Origin: the human T2T-CHM13v2.0 reference genome, Homo sapiens
Strand: one strand, 5' to 3'
Assembly: GCF_009914755.1 (NCBI RefSeq)
Contig: NC_060936.1
Length of the DNA stretch: 64,000 nucleotides
Shown: positions 1 through 16,900 of the stretch, piece by piece
Layout of the letters: each line of letters starts with the position of its first letter
How positions within the stretch are numbered: the first letter of the stretch is position 1
The notes under the pieces: generated by a model
What the model was told of the DNA's origin: nothing
The model's database searches: none
What the model saw: only the letters and a program-made list of their open reading frames with translations
Translations under genes and position numbers: made by a program

Positions 1-436
1 ATGGATGGGAAAGAGAACCAGATAAACGTCCATCAGCTGTTTCCAACAAAATAAATACAAATTTGACTTTGATGCTGTTCATACAAAAAAAATGAGGTAT
101 TTATGAACAATGTTTTGTTTTATTAGCTGCTGTTATCCTTGGAAGGAAACTTGTGTTTGGAGAAAAATTTTAAAGGACCCTCTATGAGTTATTTCTTCTG
201 TGTTTTACAGATGATTTTTTTTTTTTCAATTAAAAAATGTATAGACTCTTCTCTTTCATTTTATAAAGGAGGCCAAAGCTCTATTTATTGAGTATAAAAT
301 GTACAATATTAGTTAAATACTTAAATAACTTCTTATAATTCCTTCTAGTACAGAGATGATAAACTTACATGGATTCTGTATCCATAGGGAAGAAAAGGAG
401 TTTTGAAGAATGATTCTTGAGAAATATGCTACGTAC

Positions 437-622
437 TGTTGTATCGCATGATATATTTCATGGATGCCGTATCAGTCACTTTCCCTTGGTCACGCCGGAA
501 AATTTTGGCTCGTGGAGCTAAATCATAAGAGTAGTCCAAGCCCAGCTTCTGAACTAACAGTGGATAGCCACTCCAGTTGTAGATTTTTTCATGGAAAGGA
601 ACATTGTAGGAGGGCCAATATC
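437..622 (-). CDS. PLBD1: PLBD1 exon 9 (186 nt); the gene continues beyond the left edge
   Basis: [20 protein letters not shown]...MKYIMRYN; acceptor atcag|GA, donor ACA|GTACGT. Confidence 0.96.
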
Positions 623-1679
623 CTGATTTGGAATGGAAGGGAAGTAAGGGAGGGATTGACAGGGAAGGAGACAGAAAAGGAGAGAGAGCAAAAGAAATGT
701 TATCCATGTTCATTTATTTTGAAAATGGGCACAGGCATTTAATTACAAAATAATGTACAGAAAATAAAGCTTTGCATGTGAACCCTGGCAGCCAAACAGC
801 CTTTTAAATTTCCTAAATCAGCACAGCTCTAGGTTATTTCATTAGGGGAAGAAGAGCATCAGAATTCTCTGGTTTTCACCCAAAATTCTTAATCTCTAAG
901 CCAAAAAACAACCATATTCTCTATAGAGCAAAATAAAGTATAATGCAAGGTGGTCTGGGGAGCTCATCTAAGTGGATTTAGTTACTGAAATGCCAAGAAA
1001 TGGTTGTTCACAGTGTGGCCCTATAAAGGAAGATGTCAAATGGTAATCATGAAGTAGTGGAAGCACATAGCACTGGGAATAGAAAGCCTGAATTCTAGGC
1101 TCAGGGCTTAAGAATCAGGTCTTAGGCAGGCAACTTCATTTGTTTTGTTTCTGTTTCTTTTTTTTTGAAAGACGTCAATGGGGAGGGAGAGGAGAAGTCC
1201 ATAATGTAAGGGGATTGGGGATGATCTTTTAGGTTACATTAGGCTTTTAATTCCTTTGACTCTAAACATTTATAAAGGCTCAGCTTCATTCAAAGCTTCA
1301 TAGTGTGTGAAGGCCACATAGCCTACTAGTCACTGAGCACCAAATATGTGACACAGCTCTCTCTTGTAAAAGCAGAATTTCAGAAACATCCTGGATGACA
1401 CTGGCCTGGGTTACTGCCTACAGAACAGTCAAGGAATGTCTCCACCATGCAGGGTTCTCTCCCACCTCCACATTCTCTCCTGGCCCTTTTCTGCCTTTCT
1501 CCTTTGTATTGTTGTACAGGACCTCCTCTTTAGGGGTGAGGTTACTGAGACAAAAAGAAAATGATAAGACATTCAGCCTTGCTAATTCTGAGACAGAGCC
1601 AGCATCAGAAGAACTGAGATATGGATGACATTGAAATTAAAGAAGAAAAACAGATTTGTTGCTAAAACATATCTAGGTT

Positions 1680-1890
1680 ATATAGGCTCAGGAATTAGAT
1701 TGCCTGGATTTGAAGCCTGGTTCTGCCATTATTAGGTATGTGACCTTGAACAAATTGCTTATCCCCTTTGTGCCTCAGTTTCTTCATCTTCATTAACTAT
1801 TCAGCATTAAGCATCTTCATAAGCATGAGCATGAAATGCATTCAGATGGAGTGCTTACAATAGTATCTAATACTTGGTAAACATTAGATT
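1680..1890 (+). mobile_element. MIR
   Basis: MIR core 'tgtgaccttgaacaaatt...tgcctcagtttcttcatct'. Confidence 0.75.
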
Positions 1891-1990
1891 ATTATATTTC
1901 TCTTTGTGAAAACAGCTCAAATGAATAACGAAAATGTCTACTTTATACTTCACATTTCATGAAGCTTCGTGATTTAAAACAGAGCAACTT

Positions 1991-2350
<360 letters not shown>

Positions 2351-3633
2351 TTAAACAGAAGAAACAGAGTTTCAGAGAGGTCAATTGTCTTCCTTGGCTC
2401 ACAAAACTTGACAGAATACAGGCCTTCTAACTAAAACATCCAGGGCTTCTATCACCATACCACAGTTGCTTAAATACGTTAGGAGATGTGCCCACCCCCG
2501 ACCCCGACGCCCCCGCCTTTTTAATGGCTATATGATATCATGTATTTGTTTGGGCAAAACATGTTTCTTTCTGAGCTTTTCTTTACTCACAGTAAAATGG
2601 CAACAATAACACTTATGGGGTAGTATGTTACAAACATCAAACAAGAGAACATAAGTAAAAGGCCCAGAAGAGTGTCTAGAATGCAGTAGGTACTCTGAAT
2701 TTAACTCTCTGTTCTTCTCTCCTCTGGCAAAGAAAAAAAAATACAGACAGATCATCATCCACTCTTTTTAGTCTTAGGGAGTTTCAAGGGGTCTAGGAAT
2801 GGGACTGCAGAGAACCAAGTCTACCATTCTGTTATCAGCAACTGTCCAAAGAAGAAAAGACTACTTTAGCAAGCATCTCTCTCTCTTGAGGCATGCTATT
2901 ATTTTCAGGCTCTTAGGAGCTGGGTTCTCTGTTTTGAATTGCTCTATGCTAAACAGTAACCACCTAATGATTTGACTTCTTGGATGGATTTTCCTAACAA
3001 GCAAAGAAGAAGGTAGGTCCACTGCTTGGTAGCATATGAACTGCTTGGCAATGAAACTCCCACCTTTTGTTTTATGCATAAGTCTTAGTGCATTTAGTTG
3101 GTGTGACCCATTCTCCACTGACAAGGCTCACTCTAGGCATCATTACAAAGTCAATTTGGGGACCTGGAAAACTGAGGACCAGGTCCTGATCCCTAGGGTC
3201 CACACTTTATCTCCGTTCTGTCCCTATTCATCTGCCAGTTGATCTATTGCAATAGTCTCCTAACTAGTCTCTTTTCTTCCCACCCAGTCTATTCTCCCTT
3301 GTCAGGAACTCCCAATTTCTAAAACATAAAGTCTGAACTGTCCAGTAGGATTTTTAAAGCTAACATTTTCTCTCAATAAATCTATCTATTTATCTTAATT
3401 AATTTTCATGACCATCCTGTGAAATTGTAGAGTTCCACACTCCCACATCCAGAAATTCTTGGGAGCCAGATGAGTCTCAGAATTTAGGGTTTTTCAGACT
3501 TTAGAACAACCATGGAGTGCATGGATTATATGACATTACAGTCTCTTTGGGAAACACCTCATAATCAAAGATGTTGATATTTCTGTAGCCTAATGTATAC
3601 ATGGTGTCTCTAAGAGGAAATAAAGACAATTTA

Positions 3634-3927
<294 letters not shown>

Positions 3928-4763
3928 CTAAAAGTTTCTTTCTGGTAGTTTTTGCTGCCAAGTGAGTTCAGATCAGGTCATTTTCTTGCTACCAAGTGAG
4001 CTAGGCTACCAAATCAAAGCAAAACAAGAGAAACAAAATAATAATTTGTGGTTTTACAATTTTGGAATTTTAAAATTACAAATACGTGGTTGTGGACCTA
4101 TATCACGATTCAGTTTTATAGATGAGGAAAATGAGGCTTGGAGAGATTCACTAATTTGCCTGAGATTTTAAGGAACTGAGATTTGAATCAAGGCAGTGAG
4201 CCTCCTGGCTTCAAATGTCTGGACTCCTTCTTGCCCACCAGAAGTGCCTTCTCTGACTCCACCCACTAACAGCCACGTTCTGTTTAGGTTCACCACTGGC
4301 CTAGGGACATGAGACCTGATGACAGCCCTTCCCATCCTGAGTTCCTGCAGCTGCTTTGAGTGCTTTGCTTCCCTACTAGACTCCTGAGTCCTTCCAGGTC
4401 AGGGATTCTGTATCCTTGCTTTTCTAGTCCCTGGGCCACAGTGGCACTCCAAAAATATTTGCTGAATTGAACTTAAAGCTTTAACCAGGAACACAGGAGA
4501 AAAGGTAACATTAGAACTATGAGAAATCATAGAGTCATGAATGCCTGATTTGCGTCCCAATCTGCACATTGTCCTATAAGAGTTTGAGATGTAGGTTTAC
4601 ATGTTGTGCTAAACCTGGTCATTCTGGTGTAATATAGCATCCCCATCCTGTCTTCCCCACCATACCCTCCCCCACCACACATTCACACAATGTGCATTCC
4701 CCTACCATATATGAACACACACATACTCATCAGGTTTTAAGACTTACGACATGAAGAAAGTAC

Positions 4764-4904
4764 CTTTCCGTAGAACATCAGTTTGTTCAGAATATTCTAC
4801 ATATGTAGGAATTTGCTCCACAATGTACAGAGTGCCTTTGTCAAGACTGTGGTTCAGCTTTACTTTCTTCAGGTCCAGAACCATGTATTGATTGTTATAG
4901 GTGC
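4764..4904 (-). CDS. PLBD1: PLBD1 exon 8 (141 nt)
   Basis: [48 protein letters not shown] (family NSGTYNNQ motif). Acceptor tttcag|GC, donor AAG|GTACTT; intron 7 is only 110 nt. Confidence 0.96.
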
Positions 4905-5014
4905 CTGAAATATCAGGAAACATGAAGACGGGGCATGGGTATGACTTTACTGGTTAACAAGCCTAAATCAAAATATATGTCTGTGCCTAACAGTTATTCT
5001 GCAGGGTCACTTAC

Positions 5015-5215
5015 CAGAGTTGTATTTTGAAAAGATGTCTGCCCACCTCTTGCCACTATCTGCCATCATATTGGCCACACGGACTCTTTGCCAGGACAGG
5101 AGAGTCTCGGGTATTACCTGCTTTAGCAGGGTTTTATTAAACACACTGTTTGTGGTCTGCAGCAATATCAATCCACTGCTAAGAATGTAAAAATCATCCA
5201 GAGACTCCAAAAACC
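5015..5215 (-). CDS. PLBD1: PLBD1 exon 7 (201 nt)
   Basis: [27 protein letters not shown]...FSKYNSG; acceptor ctgtag|GG, donor CTG|GTAAGT. Confidence 0.97.
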
Positions 5216-5656
5216 CTACAGGAAAGACAAATATACACATCAGCATATGTATACATGGAACAGTGAACCATCATTATTGACAAAGAGCTTTACATACACA
5301 ATGCATTTTGCAAAGTGTATCAGTTATTACTATCCTTGATCTGCAGTAGCCTCCCCCAGCTTTGGCTCACCTCTGTGGTAGTCACCCAACTGCCCCTTAT
5401 AGAGGTGCCAAAAGAACTCCACCCCTGGATTCTCCATTGAAAATTTATTTTGTGATTTGAAATAACAAAAATATGTTAAATCCAGAACATTGCAAGCTTC
5501 CAGAATGATAAACAGATGTAGATCCCGACTTGCTAGGATTTTGCAGGAGAATTTTTAATTAGGGAGGGGATTAGCAGGGTTCATTAGTAAGAATATAAAT
5601 GCCTTTTTTTCTTCTTTTCTACTTTCCTGTATTTTTCAAATTTTGTATAAGTCTAC

Positions 5657-5949
5657 TTTTTTTTTTTTTTGACACACAGTCTGACTCTGTCACCCAGGCT
5701 GCAGTGTGGTGGCATGATCTCAGCTCACTGCAACCTTGCCTCCTGGGTTCAAGCAATTCTTGTGCCTCAGCCTCCTGAGTAGCTGGGGTTACAGGTGTGC
5801 ACCACCACACCTGGCTAATTTTTGTATTTTTAGTAGAGACCGGGTTTCACCATGTTGGCCAGGCTGGTCTCAAACTCCTGACCTCAAGTGATTCACCCAC
5901 CTTAGCCTCTAAAGTGCTGGGATTACAGGTGTGGGCCACCACACCCGGC
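5657..5949 (-). mobile_element. AluS
   Basis: Poly-T then Alu reverse complement; TSD taagtctac. Confidence 0.92.
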
Positions 5950-6289
5950 TAAGTCTACATAATTTTTATAAATGGAAAAACATCTACATTTAGAAAAGTA
6001 AAGATGGTTTTGAAACTAGGGCATTGACACTCTTGGTCAATGCTTTTTTATAAATGTTGGAGGCAACACAGGAAAATCAGTGAAGCCACAGTCTTTTCTG
6101 AAGACCTATTTTGTGGTTTATACTGGGATGAGTATGGAAAGGATAGAATATCAGGCACAGCTGTAATAAAAAGAGAGGATATACTGTCATCAGTAACAGT
6201 AATGGAACAACTGTCAGTGTTAAACAGAAAAGGACCTCAGTGGTAGGGTTAGAAGGGGCCAGAGTGGTAAGTTCCTTCGGTGCATCCTG

Positions 6290-6530
6290 CTGAAGGGTTT
6301 TAAGGCCCTTACAAAACAGTCCCGAGGGAGCTAGCTAGCCCCTTCCACTATGTGAGGTCACAGAGAGAAGGCACTGTCTACGAGAAACAGACCCTCATTA
6401 GACACTGAGTCTTCCAGTCCCTTCATCTTGGGCTTCCCAGCCTCCAGAACTGTGAGCAATAACATTTCTATAGCTTATAAATTACCTAGTCTGAGGTGTT
6501 TTGTCATAGTAGTCAGAATGGACTGAGATG
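6290..6530 (+). mobile_element. MaLR LTR (MST/MLT1A-like)
   Basis: MaLR 3' signature 'cttcccagcctccagaactgtgagcaataa'. Confidence 0.8.
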
Positions 6531-6619
6531 GTCTCAAATTTCTACCATGATTTTTTACCACTTTTATCATTTTTGCCATATCTGAGTACTATCTGAACTA
6601 TCATTTAGTTAATATTTTT

Positions 6620-6790
6620 GTTATTTTTTAACTGACAAGTAAAAATTATATATATTTATGTTATACAAAAGAAAGGATATTTTGATATCTGACAAGGAAA
6701 CATTGTATATATTTTGGCATACAAAATGATATTCTGATATATGTATACATTGTCAATGGCTAAATCAAGCTATTAACATATGCACTACTT
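6620..6790 (-). mobile_element. L1MA 3'-end fragment containing a diverged ~57-bp tandem duplication
   Basis: ctgacaag...tatatattt...atacaaaa...gatatt.tgatat occurs twice (~6632 and ~6689). Confidence 0.6.
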
Positions 6791-7276
6791 AATATCTTTC
6801 TTCAAATTAACTCACTTTTCAAACTTAACTTACCCTTGTCATATATCATAATGTCTCAGAAACTATGGACTTAATGTTTTTGTTTTTTCCCAAAGAAATA
6901 CATTAAAACAAATACATTTCTACTAATGTGCAAAAAATGTTCGTCCACATACTGCCTCAAATCACCCCACCAGCCCTATGCATGCTATTACACATCTATT
7001 CTAGCCTAGTATGGAATAAGTAAGGTGGGGTCAAAGAAACGGGTCACCTGAAACCGGAGGTAAGAGCATGGACTGGGAGTCAGAAGACCTGCATTTTAGT
7101 TTCCTGCTTGCCTCTAATGAATTTGACAGTTCTTATTTTGCCTCTCTCTTCCTTATTTCCTTCTTCTGATAACCTGGGACTAATGTCATTCAGCTATTCA
7201 GCTCTAACAATCTGATTTTAATTTCTTGAAATTTCTTGAGTAGGAAAGTTACACGATGAGAGGACTGTCCAACTAA

Positions 7277-7580
<304 letters not shown>

Positions 7581-9283
7581 CCCAACTAACTCTTAATGAG
7601 CCTCTACACGGCTGCCATTAAGCTATAGAGAGCTTTGTGTAAATTAGAGAAAGTTGCACATTCCAAGTGGTACAAGGTTTAACAGTACTCTTGAATGAAA
7701 TTTTAATGGGTCACCTCTCTAGAAAGACATGACCTGGGCAAGGATATATGGCTTGACAGAGTGTAAAATGGATTGCATTCGTGTCTTGGGCTGGGATCAT
7801 TTTTCAAACTGTACAACCATACTTGGCAGCCTTGAGAAAGCTCCCTGGTAGATAATCCCTGTAGGGTAGAATGCTGTATTTCCGGAATGACAAGTTTGCT
7901 AATTCAATACTTGCTGTAGCAGTCTCCCTGGACACAAGAGGGCAGGCGTTCTTTAATATGTGTAGGTGATTGAATATTACAAGTACTAATGTTTAAGGAG
8001 TAGTCTTTCATTTAAAGGCAAGATTCTTTATGAAAGAGACAGGATGATGGAAATATATAGGCTATCCAGAGTTCTAGAGCAAGGAGAGTGAACTGGCCTG
8101 CAAAAACTATAGTTGAGGAGGCTAATTCTATAGTTTAGAGTTTAAGATAATAAAGAAAAGGCCCAGAGATGGGACAAAGTTCTGACACATTGCCTTTGAA
8201 AAGAAACACATTTCTTTGACTACATACAATTATAATCTTTTTAAATTTTTTTTTTTTTTTTGAGACAGGGTCTCCCTGTGTTGCCCAGGCTGGTGTCGAG
8301 CTTTAGAGTTCAAGGGATCCTCCAGCCTTGGCCTCCCAAAGTGCTGGGATTACAGGTATGAGCCACCACACCCTAACTAAAATTATAATCTTGCTCTCAT
8401 CTGTCATTAGCAGCTTTGGAAGGCAGATTGAGATCAGGAGAAAATGAAACACTCCAGTGTTTTATGAATGCCAGCCTAAGAATAACATTTCATGATAAGC
8501 TTCTCACTGAATTTAATTAAGAAATAAAAAGAAACACTTCCGGTTAATAAATCCTATTTCAAGACTTAAAAAAAACACCAAACTGCAGAAATAAACAGTA
8601 ACCACTATGTAGTCATGCAAATGGCAACAACAGTTACTCAACACACACCATGGAACAAACACATTAGAAACAATTATGAAGATTGACTCATGGGGAGTTG
8701 CATGTTGAGACAGGGTGGAGTTGAGGGAAATCATCTTATGACCAGTTAATCAAGAAAAGTATGAAAACTAAGGTGGGATTTCTGGAAAGGTAGAAGGGAG
8801 GACACATCCTGATTTAGGTGGGGAAGATGATCAAGACAGGTCTGATCTGGCAGAAGACATCAGTGTTCTGGGATGGTACCAATGAGGAGACAAAGAATCA
8901 AAGAAAGGTACTTAAAAAAAAAACAGAAATTAAGTGCTGCAAAATCCATTTATAATTCTTTAGAATACGTGCCCGTATTCTGCTATTGCTTTTTTTTTCT
9001 TGGTTCTACCTTTTAAAAGCAAAGGACATGAATTTTGGTCTGTACTAAATATAGATTGTTTTTATATACTTCAGCTTTATGACCAAAGTACCTAGATCAA
9101 AGAGGTAACATGACATTAATAACAGTAATTACAGAACATTAAAAATGTTTACAACATATATTTATTAAATAGGCAATTTTATAGATTATGAAGACTTGAC
9201 TTAAATTTTCCTGGAGCCTATTCTTTTATCTTCATGTGTACCTACTTTCAAGTACATGCACTTAATATTTAAAAAGGCCAAGC

Positions 9284-9936
<653 letters not shown>

Positions 9937-10246
9937 CTATGGATTCAGTATGCTAGGATGGTCTAGGGTGCTTGTTACAAATGTCCCAGCCCAGATCAAT
10001 GAAATATGAATTTCTATGGATGACACTGCATTTTTAGCAAGCTCCATAGGAAAAATTGGGGAACATCTAAGTTTAAGAGGTATGTATACATGTATGGGGG
10101 AGGTGATAGCATACCTGTATATAATGAGAAGTAGGAACACACACATGCTTGGGGAAACACACTAAATGCATCCCAGAAAGCCTCACTTATAGATCATTAA
10201 GCTTGAAGCCTCAGCCTTATGGGGATCATCATTACTGGGATCCTCA

Positions 10247-10955
<709 letters not shown>

Positions 10956-11379
10956 CTCTTTCAGTTTTAGCCATTTAATTTAAATCCAAACTGCATCATT
11001 TCTAAAAAAAAAAAGAAATGGATATTTATAGTTAGATATATTGCCTTTGCACCCAGTCCTCAACCACTGAATTGTGTGACCTTGACCTGTTTGACTATTT
11101 AACTTCTCTGAACTGTTTATTTTAAAAATGCAGACAAAATACCCTCCTTGAGGCTTTTTATGGAAGGCAGAATTTGTAAAAGTCAGTATGCTTTGCCTCT
11201 CAACTGCATTAACATGCCACAGGCTCAGACTGTTTTGTGTAAAGGATGTCAAAGAACTGCACTTTGTCTAAAGAGAAGTTTGATGTTTTGTATGCTTGTT
11301 AAGAAAATACAATACTAGAAGTTAATGGTAGACAACTGATTTTAAAAATACCCTTCTTGTTAGGTTTTTATGAACATTA

Positions 11380-11799
<420 letters not shown>

Positions 11800-12668
11800 T
11801 TAATAACTAGTTGAACACAAACAAGCTTATAGTAATTTATTTAAAACTTAAATTCTGCCTAATTCCCATAAAACTAGTCAGGTCCCATTCATGTTATTTA
11901 TCACAAAGGATTTGCTTCAAGTAACAAGTCCTGTGCTGAACACATAGGTTTTGCATCTGAAGTCCCTTGCTTACAATTCCTGAACATCTTAGACTCCTGT
12001 TCTCAAATCTAGGGTATGAAAGGGAGGGCAGGATGAATAGAAAGCAAGTTACAATAAGAACTGTGATCTCTTAGGCAGCCCCCACCTCCTCCTTGTTTTA
12101 TTGCCCGTCTTTCTTTCCTACAGTTCCTACCATGTCCACATCAAAGTGGACATAATCTATCTCCTTACTGTTTTCCCTCTAATCCTTCTTTCTTCCTTCC
12201 TTCTTTTCTCCTTCCTTCCATAAATATTTATTCAATGATTATAATATGCAAGGCTCTGTGCTCATCCTGGGACACAGACATGAATACAGAATATGGGCTT
12301 TGAAGAAATTATGCACAGGGTACCTAGGAAGCTCAAAGGAGAGATAACTTACTTGGCCTGAAGGTTAGTAAAACCTTCTAAAAGGAGCTCTTGTGCTACT
12401 CTTTGTTAATATGAAAAGCACTAGGGTATTATGTATTACCCAGCCAAAAAAAAAATGCTCGTATCAAGGGTGAGTATTCCAATAATAGCAGCATGATAAA
12501 ATTGAGTGATTTTCCCACAAATAATAATTATAAAACTGTATAAAATTATTTAAAGCAATGATCTGAAGATACTAGGAATGACCAAAGGCAGAGAGAAACA
12601 GAACATTAGTACAGCGTTGGTTAAGATGGAGTATGAGGCTTCCTTGCCTGTGTGTATTCCTAAACCCG

Positions 12669-13350
<682 letters not shown>

Positions 13351-13994
13351 TAGCCCATACCCAACTCTAGTTATGGAAAACTAGAGCCATTCTGGCTTGA
13401 GATGGTGAGATCAAAGTCTAGTATTGCAGAACAGCTGAGAATTTAAGAGGAAAATTTTGGGAGCAAGAGAACCACAAGAAGAGCAGAGATCCAAAATCTG
13501 AATATGAACTGTGTCCTGTTCCCTGACTGACCACTAACTGTGCATGAATGTGGGAAATGCCAGGGAGCCCAGGGTAAAAACAGAAAGAAATGAGAAGGGT
13601 TTTCCCTTGTAAGACAGAAATGTTCTAGAATTGAGATAGGTGAGTTTGCTGCAACTTACACTGCCAGGGTTCCCAACTCATATGCAGCTCAAATTCCTCA
13701 GGCTCTCAGAGGACAAAGGTAAGAGCTGGAAAAGCAAATGGGAATATAGGGGAAACCTTAGGATCAAGGAAATCACAAAGAGAGTTAGCTCTATAATATG
13801 AATTTGAGCTGCCAACATCTTTCACTGACTGCTAAATTACACAGATGCAGGAGCAACCTCCAGAAGACCAGGTTGAAGCAGCAGTGTTGAGGAAGGACAT
13901 TGGTTGCTGCACACTGTGCAGGTGACATATGTTGAAGTTTGAGTGCAAGCAAGGTAATTGCCTGTTAAAAACAACAACAAAAAAAGTAAAACAA

Positions 13995-16900
13995 GTGACT
14001 TCAGCAAGATGTCTGACTAGAGGTGCCTAACATTCATTTCCCTACAAAAAAAAAGGAACCAAAATGATGAATAAACAACTACATTTTGACTAGAGTATCC
14101 AAAGGAGAACACTAAAGTGTTCCGAAGGAGTACAATAAGGGAGGGGCAGAGACCCAGTGGAGCATGGAGACTTGGGATGGCTGCATAAAAAAGAGAATGA
14201 AACATTCTGCCTTTGCCACTTCGTCTTCCCAGTCAAGGTCGGTATGAAACCAGGAGGCAGTCTCCCTACGGAGAAAACGTGAGCAGTAGAACTCCCAGCA
14301 ATCTCCATTAAAGATGCAAACACCTACAGTCTTTGCTGCTTGAGAATTCTGCAGTTTTCACAAGTCATGAACCCATTCTAGGGAGCTGCCTGGCATTCAC
14401 ATGGCTGTATTACTCCAAAGAATGAGCCCACATTGTGCCTCCTTCTCCTCTGTGATCTAAGCTGCTGATGTACAGCACTATCTTGAGACCGGTGCCACTA
14501 CTATAGTACACTGTGCTCTGGAGGGCCAGTAACCACTGTTTGTTTCTCCCCATCCTGAGGCTCTGCTGCAAGTACACTGTGCTTGTAAACAGTAGCACAC
14601 CACTCACCAGTTGAGCAGCTACTGTTTCCTATCCACCAGGAATAAGCTGCCTACGATGCACTCCATCTTCCCCATCCCTGTGGCACAGCACCTCAACCTC
14701 AATTACTCAGAGCATAGGCCCAGTGAAACAGCCATAACCTTGGTGCCTGAGCCCATGTGTTGTCCTGACGCCCAAGGAACAGATGATCCTACCCAGCAGG
14801 AAGGCCACACCTTACCCTGAAGGAGCAGTCCCTATGCACTTGCGGTGTGTGTAACAGCCTGGCACTCCTGCCCCCAGAGGACAGACTGTGTCTAATCCTA
14901 TTGGAGTAGGCCTTGTGCACCCGTGGCGCATGAAACAACCTGGCACCCTTGCCACAAGCAGAAAAGCCATGCATATGATTTGACAGAGCTGCCATACAAA
15001 CTCCTCCAGGCTAGGATGCCACTGAGGCATCCATAGAAATTGCTAACATTGACTACAGCTGAAAAAACTGCATGGTGACTACACTACTGCATCCACCTGG
15101 AACCACAGCCAATGCATCCTCCACAACCGACACCTTAGGACACATCTGCAGGCAAAAATCTTTCCCTATGATAACAACTCTATAAAACTGGAAGAGGCAT
15201 CCATTCTATCAGATGCCCAGACATCAGTGCAGGGACACAAGAAATATGAAAAAGCAAGAAAACATGATACCACCAAAAAAACACAATAACTCTCCCATAA
15301 CTGACCTTAAAGAAATGGCAATTTACTAATTGCATAAAAAATTTAAAAATATGATCTTAAGGAAAATCAATGAGATTCAAGATAATATAGATAGGCAATT
15401 CAATAAAATCAGAAAAGCAAATCATGATATGAATAAAGAATTCAACAGAGATATCATTAAAAAAAAACTCTTGGAGCTGAAGACTTTAATGAATGAAATA
15501 AAAAATATAATGGAAAGTTCCAACAGCAGACTACACCAAGCAGAATAAAGAATTTCTGAACTGAAGACAGCTCTTTGCTTGAAGAGTGAAGAAAGCCTAC
15601 AAGACCTATGAGACACCATTAAGTGAACACATTTTCACACTATAGAAACTTGAGAGGGAGAAGAGATGGAGAAGGGCACAGAAAGCTTCACAAAATAATA
15701 GCAGAAACTTCTTAAGTTTTGAGAGAGATATAGAGAACTCTATGCCAACAAATATGAAAACTTAGAAGAAATGGATAAATTCCTGGGCACATAAAACTTA
15801 ACGAAAATTGAATCATGAAGAAATAGAAAATTTGAACAGACGAATAACAAGTAATGAGATTGAATTAGTAATAAAAAGTCTTCCAGAAAAGAAAAGCCGA
15901 AGACCCAATGGCCTCACTGATGAGTTCTACCAAACATTAAAGAAAAACTAATACAAATCCTTTGAAAACTATTCAAAAGACATGAAGAGGAGGGAATACT
16001 TCCAACATCTTTCTATGAGACCAGCATCACCCCGATTCCAAAACCTGATAAGGACACAACAAATAAATAAATCTATTGGCCAATATCCCTAATAAACCTA
16101 GATACAAAACTCCTCAAAAAAATATTTAAAAACTGAATTCAACAGCACATTAAGAAAAATCACTCACCATAATAAATGGGATTCATTCCAGGGATGCAAG
16201 GATGGTTCAATATATGCAAATCAATAAACATAATACATCATATTAACAGAATCAAGGACAAACCCATGAAGGGATGTTGAATCTATTGATCTAGAAAAGA
16301 TATTTAATAAAATTCAACATCCCCTCATGATAAACACTCTCAACAAAATAGATATACAAGAAATGTAACTCAACACAATAAAGCCCATATATGACAAATT
16401 CACAGCTAGCATCATACTGAATGGGGAAAAGTTGAAAGCTTTTCCTCTAAGATCTGGAACAAGACACAAATGCACCACTTTTATTTAACATAATACTGGA
16501 GGTTCTAGCCAAAGCAATTAGGCAAGAGAAAGACAAAAAGAGCATCCAAATTGAAAAGGCAGAAATCAAACTGTCCCTGCTTCCAAATGACATAATCTTA
16601 TACAGGGAAAACCCTGAAAACTTCACCAAAATACTGTTAGAACTAATAAGTAAATTGAGTACAGTTGCAGGATATAAAATCAATATACAAAAATCTATAG
16701 CATTTCTATATGACAATAGCAGACAATCAGAAAAAAATAAGAAGGCAATTCCATTTACTACAGCTACAAAAACAAACACTTAACTAAGCGGGTGAAAGAT
16801 CTCTATGATGAAACCTATAAAATATTGACATAAGAAATGAAGAGGATACAAATGGAAAGATATTCCATGTTTACGGATTTGAGGAATTTTTAAAAAAATG

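Noticed and set aside
429-713. ORF-track extensions around PLBD1 exons (also 5007-5246, 29928-30215, 34264-34464, 46694-46951)
   Set aside because: The extensions are intronic read-through beyond clear splice sites; only the exon cores are coding.
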